Source: an uncultured Peptococcaceae bacterium
GTDB taxonomy: Bacteria > Bacillota > UBA994
Assembly: GCA_964349715.1 (NCBI GenBank)
Contig: CAYGHR010000003.1
Span: 13,492 to 55,383, forward strand
DNA length: 41,892 bases
Direction of reading: 5' to 3'
The translations under genes were made by a program, and so were the position numbers. Below are positions 37,629 through 41,892 of the stretch, one piece after another. The notes under the pieces were generated by a model. That model worked only from the letters and a program-made list of their open reading frames with translations, did not search any database and had not been told where the DNA came from. Each line of letters opens with the position of its first letter. The first letter of the stretch is position 1.

Positions 37629-38783
37629 ATGGCTAGCACTGTAAATCAAAGGGTCGTAACTCCGGAGCATCTTCTGTTTGAAGCCCCACGCACCAAGGCA
37701 TTTATTACTGGGAGCGAGGCCGCGAGTGAGGCGGTGCGCAGGGCGAATGTGGACATCGCCATCGCCTACCCGATCACCCCGCAGAGCGAGACTATGGAGC
37801 GGATTGGCAACCTGTTTGCCGAAGGCTACATTAGGGATTATTATCGGGCGGAGGATGAGGTCGGAGCTTTCTCGGCTATTTCCGGTGCATCGCGTACCGG
37901 CGTGCGCTGCATGACGGCGTCTTCCGGCCCAGGGCTAATGCGCGGTCTCGAAACTATTGCCTCTTGGCCAGGGCACCGTCTGCCGCTCGTATTTCTCATT
38001 ATGTGTCGCGTTATTAACGCTCCCCTCTCTATTCAACCCGACAATCTCGAGCTCGACTATATGCTGACCTCAGGCAATATTCTCTTGCATGCGGAAAACC
38101 AGCAAGACTTCTTTGACTACACTTTGGCGGGTTTCGCGATCTCAGAGAAGTGCGAAGTGACTTTGCCCGTTGCCGTTGCCGTAGACGGGTTCTTTGTGAC
38201 CCACGCCCGCGCTTGGGTAGAGATGCCTTCAGCCGAATTGAAGCTGCCCCCGCGTGACTGCTACAGCGAGGCCGTGCCTATGATCGACAATGAAAACCCC
38301 CCTGTGCGTATTGCTAGAGATGCCCCTATCCAAAAGAGCAATTTTATCAGCTACCAGATGCACGCTGCTTGGCAGCAGGAAATTCACGCCGCACATGAGC
38401 GTTCGCGCAAATGGGTGAAGCATTTTGTCGGGGGTCTAGTGGAAGTGGTCAATCCCGATGCCGAGACCATGATTGTGGCTTCCGGGAGTGCCGTATCTCA
38501 ATCGCGTGAGGCTCTCCGCCAAGCAGAGGACATGGGCCAAAGAGTGGGACTGGTTAAAGTCAAATCCTTGCGCCCCTTCCCGACGGCCGAACTCCGCGCG
38601 GCGTGCCGCCATGCCAAGCGCATCATCGTGCCGGAATTCAACTGCCCCGGGTGGCTAAACCGCGAAGTACGCTCCACCCTTTACGGCCACTCCGAGGCCA
38701 AGATTGCCGACGGCCCGCGGGTATACGGCGGTATTACAATGCCGACTGAGTTAATCCTCGAGTGGCTATCTAAGAGCGAGTAA
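37629..38783 (+). CDS. forA: 2-oxoacid:ferredoxin oxidoreductase alpha subunit (For type)
   Basis: AYPITPQSE, TASSGPG, DGFFVTH, RDAPIQKSNFISY, KSLRPFP. Confidence 0.85.
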   Translation: MASTVNQRVVTPEHLLFEAPRTKAFITGSEAASEAVRRANVDIAIAYPITPQSETMERIGNLFAEGYIRDYYRAEDEVGAFSAISGASRTGVRCMTASSGPGLMRGLETIASWPGHRLPLVFLIMCRVINAPLSIQPDNLELDYMLTSGNILLHAENQQDFFDYTLAGFAISEKCEVTLPVAVAVDGFFVTHARAWVEMPSAELKLPPRDCYSEAVPMIDNENPPVRIARDAPIQKSNFISYQMHAAWQQEIHAAHERSRKWVKHFVGGLVEVVNPDAETMIVASGSAVSQSREALRQAEDMGQRVGLVKVKSLRPFPTAELRAACRHAKRIIVPEFNCPGWLNREVRSTLYGHSEAKIADGPRVYGGITMPTELILEWLSKSE

Positions 38784-38808
38784 GTTCATTAAGTGAGGGA
38801 TTAAGCAT

Positions 38809-39654
38809 ATGGCACTGAGAACGCTGCAAGTTTCTCCCGGTTTTATGCGCTTTATGCCCAAGGAATACCAGGACCTAGTGGAAAAGGGTCCGTTCGGGCG
38901 CAAGCTCAAGCTCTCTGACCTCGGTACGTACAAGGAGGTGCTGGAGGAGCACCCGATGTGTGAAGGGTGCGCCATGGCTTTCTTTATTCGGCTGGCGCTC
39001 ACCGCGCTGCCTTCCCCCGAACATACCGTAATTGTCGGTACGGCGGGATGTGGACGCCTTTCCTTATCGCAAGCCGCCATTCCCTTTGTCTATGGCAACT
39101 ACTGCGACACTAACGGCGTGGCGACCGGCATCAAACGCGGTCTCGCTCTGCGCTTTCCGGACCAGCACAAAGACGTGGTTGTTATGGCGGGCGACGGCGG
39201 GCTGTCTGACATCGGCTTTTCGCAGGTCATGCACGGCTGGTTTCGCCAAGAGAAGTTCACGACCGTCATGCTCGACAACGAAGTCTACGGTAACACCGGC
39301 GGACAAGAGAGCGGCATGACTAAGCGCGGCGAAGTGGTGAAAATGGCACCCGTCGGCAAAAAGTTCGATAAAATTGACATGATCGGGCTGGCCCAGACTG
39401 CCGGCGTCGCCTACATTGCCCGCCTGACGCCGACGAACCCGAGCCGTATCATCTCTACTATTCGCAAGGCCGTCCTAGTCGCGCGCGAGATTGGCCCCAC
39501 TTACGTGCAGGCCTACACCTCCTGTAACATCGAATACGCTATCCCACCTCAACAGGTGATGGAGGATGCGCGCAGGGTCGAGAAAGAGCGTTACGGCTTC
39601 CTTGAGATCATGAGTGACGAGGCAAAGGCGTTTCTTGGAGGGTTGGAAGGATGA
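38809..39654 (+). CDS. forB: 2-oxoacid:ferredoxin oxidoreductase beta subunit (TPP-binding)
   Basis: HPMCEGC, GTAGC, GDGGLSDIG...DNEVYGNTGGQ, YTSC. Confidence 0.87.
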   Translation: MALRTLQVSPGFMRFMPKEYQDLVEKGPFGRKLKLSDLGTYKEVLEEHPMCEGCAMAFFIRLALTALPSPEHTVIVGTAGCGRLSLSQAAIPFVYGNYCDTNGVATGIKRGLALRFPDQHKDVVVMAGDGGLSDIGFSQVMHGWFRQEKFTTVMLDNEVYGNTGGQESGMTKRGEVVKMAPVGKKFDKIDMIGLAQTAGVAYIARLTPTNPSRIISTIRKAVLVAREIGPTYVQAYTSCNIEYAIPPQQVMEDARRVEKERYGFLEIMSDEAKAFLGGLEG

Positions 39655-40355
39655 GGAGATACAATGTTCGCATGGCCGGGGTTGGCGGACAGGGCGTCGT
39701 TACCGCGTCGCACGTACTCAGCAACGGCGTCATCCAAAGCGGCGGTGAAAGCACAGTCGTCCCTTTCTTTGGCTCCGAAAAGCGCATGGCGCCTGTCGAG
39801 AGCTATGTACGCATTGCGGATGGCAAGTTGTACGAGATAGGGGAGATAATCTATCCTAACGTCATCGTTATCTTCCACAGCCAAGTAATCACCCATGGCA
39901 AGTCATACACAATGCCCTTCTATTCCGGTATCAAAGACGACTCGTTCATCCTAGTTAATATGCCTCGCAAGGCCGAGTTAAGCCAGGATGAGGAACGCGA
40001 GCTCGAACAAAAGCGGGCCAAAGTCTTCTATTTGCCTGCCACAGAGATTGCTTTGCAGACGGCGGGCACCGAAGTTGCCACCAACATGGTCATGATAGGT
40101 GCCGTCAGTGCGGTGTTAGGCCTGCCGGACTTAGCGTCACTGGAAGTGGCTCTGATAGAGCGTTTCCTTGGTAAAGGGTTAGTGGCGTCAGGCGGTACGG
40201 CGTCCTTAGACAAAGCTATGGAGAAAAACTTTGGCCCCAAGGTAGACCTCGTCCAAAAGAACATGGCGGCGATAAAGGCTGCCGCACAGTATGCTGCCCA
40301 ACAAGGATGGGTACAAGTAGCGACGAAAGGAGGGACCGAGCTGTGTACAAAGTAG
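39651..40355 (+). CDS. forG: 2-oxoacid:ferredoxin oxidoreductase gamma subunit
   Basis: GVGGQGVVTA, PFFGSEKRMAPVESYVRI, TNMVMIGA. Confidence 0.87.
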   Translation: MRRYNVRMAGVGGQGVVTASHVLSNGVIQSGGESTVVPFFGSEKRMAPVESYVRIADGKLYEIGEIIYPNVIVIFHSQVITHGKSYTMPFYSGIKDDSFILVNMPRKAELSQDEERELEQKRAKVFYLPATEIALQTAGTEVATNMVMIGAVSAVLGLPDLASLEVALIERFLGKGLVASGGTASLDKAMEKNFGPKVDLVQKNMAAIKAAAQYAAQQGWVQVATKGGTELCTK

Positions 40356-40621
40356 CGCATGTAGATGCAAGCAAATGCAGTGCTTCAAACTGCAGGTTGT
40401 GCGTGTTGTACTGTCCTGAACCTAACACGTTGCTCTACGACGAAAAACGCAACACGGCGTTTGTAGCAGTCGACAGATGTAAGGGATGCGGTGCCTGTCT
40501 GCGCATTTGTACCGATATCAGTAAGCGCGGCTGTATCACCATGGTAGCAGTGGGCAGTGTAAAGGGCGAGTTTGAGATGTCGCGCTACGGCATGCCTGAT
40601 GTGTCCAAACAAGAGAAATAA
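40343..40621 (+). CDS. forE: 2x[4Fe-4S] ferredoxin-like epsilon subunit
   Basis: CSASNCRLCVLYCP and CKGCGACLRIC; AGGAGG before GTG 40343. Confidence 0.85.
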   Translation: MYKVAHVDASKCSASNCRLCVLYCPEPNTLLYDEKRNTAFVAVDRCKGCGACLRICTDISKRGCITMVAVGSVKGEFEMSRYGMPDVSKQEK

Positions 40622-40642
40622 TCAATAAAGGAGAAGGTGTAA

Positions 40643-41892
40643 GTGTCTAAGGAGAATCTCAATGTATTCCAGCAGGTGCAGGTGCAGATTAAGGAAGCCT
40701 GCGACATCTTAGGGCTAGACAATAGCTACTACGAGATCCTTAAGACCCCCGAACGCGCAATGGAGGTTGCAGTACCCGTCCGTATGGACGACGGGACGGT
40801 GCAGACTTTCATCGGGTACCGTTCGCAGCACAACACCGCCAATGGTCCGGCCAAGGGCGGCATCCGTTTCCACCCCGATGTGACCTTTGATGAGGTTAAG
40901 ACGCTGTCGATGTGGATGACCTTTAAGTGCGCGGTCATCGGCCTGCCCTATGGCGGAGGCAAGGGAGGCATCACCGTAGACCCCACTAAGCTGTCTAAGG
41001 GCGAAATAGAGCGCCTCTCCCGGGGGTTTGTGCGCAAGCTAGGCGACTTCATCGGGCCGACAGTTGACATACCGGCTCCGGATGTGAACACCAACCCTCA
41101 AATCATGGCCTGGATGGTTGATGAGTACAACGCCATGAAAGGCTATAACAACCCGGGAGTCATTACCGGCAAGCCCGTACTTATCGGTGGTTCGCTCGGC
41201 CGCACGGAGGCGACTGGACGCGGCGTAGTCTTAACGGTGCGCGAAGCTTGCCGGGTCATGAATATTGACCTTAAGGGCGCAAGAGTAGCCGTTCACGGCT
41301 ACGGCAATGTCGGAAGCTTTGCCGGTTTGTACCTGCATAACCTCGGCGCTAAGGTCGTGGCGGCGCTAGATTTAGGCGGCGGCGCTTACAACCCGGACGG
41401 ACTCGATGCCGTAGAGCTGATGGAGTACTTGAAGCCGACCCGTACCGTGTATGGTTTCCCAGGGAGTACGAGCATTACGGCAGAAGCGCTCTTCGCCCTC
41501 GACGTGGATGTACTGGTATTAGCAGCGCTTGAGAACACCATTACAATGGACAACCAACATCTCGTGAAAGCGAAGATCGTTGCGGAAGGGGCTAACGGTC
41601 CCGTAACTGCCGAGGCGGGCAGGAAGCTTTTTGAGCGCGGTATCGTCATACTGCCAGACATCCTATGCAACGCAGGCGGCGTCACCGTGTCCTACTTCGA
41701 GTGGGTGCAGAACCTCATGAACTACTACTGGCCCGAGCAGGAAGTAAACGAGAAGCTCGAGCGCAACATGGTAAATGCCTTTAACAGCCTGTGGAAGATG
41801 GCGGCAGAGAAAAAGGTGGACATGCGCACGGCAGCCTACCTAGTCGCTATTCGGCGCGTCGCGGACGCCATGAAGCTCTACGGATGGGTGTA
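40643..41892 (+). CDS. gdhA: Glu/Leu/Phe/Val dehydrogenase, glutamate dehydrogenase type; stop codon probably cut by the window edge; absent from the ORF track
   Basis: Read by hand from GTG 40643: MSKENLNVFQQVQ, GPAKGGIRFHP, MTFKCAV..LPYGGGKGG, DIPAPDVNT, HGYGNVG, EGANGP, NAGGVTVSYFEWVQN, ending KLYGWV then TA; 416 codons. Confidence 0.95.
   Translation, partial: MSKENLNVFQQVQVQIKEACDILGLDNSYYEILKTPERAMEVAVPVRMDDGTVQTFIGYRSQHNTANGPAKGGIRFHPDVTFDEVKTLSMWMTFKCAVIGLPYGGGKGGITVDPTKLSKGEIERLSRGFVRKLGDFIGPTVDIPAPDVNTNPQIMAWMVDEYNAMKGYNNPGVITGKPVLIGGSLGRTEATGRGVVLTVREACRVMNIDLKGARVAVHGYGNVGSFAGLYLHNLGAKVVAALDLGGGAYNPDGLDAVELMEYLKPTRTVYGFPGSTSITAEALFALDVDVLVLAALENTITMDNQHLVKAKIVAEGANGPVTAEAGRKLFERGIVILPDILCNAGGVTVSYFEWVQNLMNYYWPEQEVNEKLERNMVNAFNSLWKMAAEKKVDMRTAAYLVAIRRVADAMKLYGWV

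Noticed and set aside
1..41892. CRISPR arrays, tRNA/rRNA genes, IS elements, prophage, inteins, pseudogenes
   Set aside because: Intergenic gaps are short and explained by promoters, leaders or terminators; no spaced repeats, cloverleafs, transposases or broken frames were seen

Overview
Chromosomal core region of a moderately GC-rich, endospore-forming, probably anaerobic Bacillota (Firmicutes) bacterium. All supported genes are on the + strand. Order: ispG (partial), GT2 glycosyltransferase, MgtC/SapB-ACT, the rimP-nusA-ylxR-ylxQ-infB-ylxP-rbfA-nrnA-truB-ribF operon, S15 leader-rpsO-pnp, sporulation block (YlxY-type deacetylase, SpoIID/LytB protein, M16 peptidase, ymxH, dpaAB-dapG-dapA, tepA-ylzJ), an inserted Phd/RelE toxin-antitoxin pair, uppP-ftsK-rodZ-ygiQ-rimO-pgsA-cinA(C-domain only)-recA-recX-rny-ymdB, a dipeptidase and a PHP hydrolase. 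The window ends with a GntR-led operon encoding a five-subunit 2-oxoacid:ferredoxin oxidoreductase in ForD-A-B-G-E order (the Aquificae/Nitrospira type) followed by glutamate dehydrogenase. Most notable: (1) that For-type enzyme coupled to gdh in a spore-former; (2) two genes whose conserved N-termini can only be made from non-canonical start codons (rny, ATC; GT2, ATT); (3) a near-consensus sigma-A promoter followed about 60 nt later by an intrinsic terminator upstream of rny, a candidate attenuator or small RNA. No rRNA, tRNA, CRISPR array or transposase was seen. Family assignments come from recognised motifs and synteny, not from database searches.
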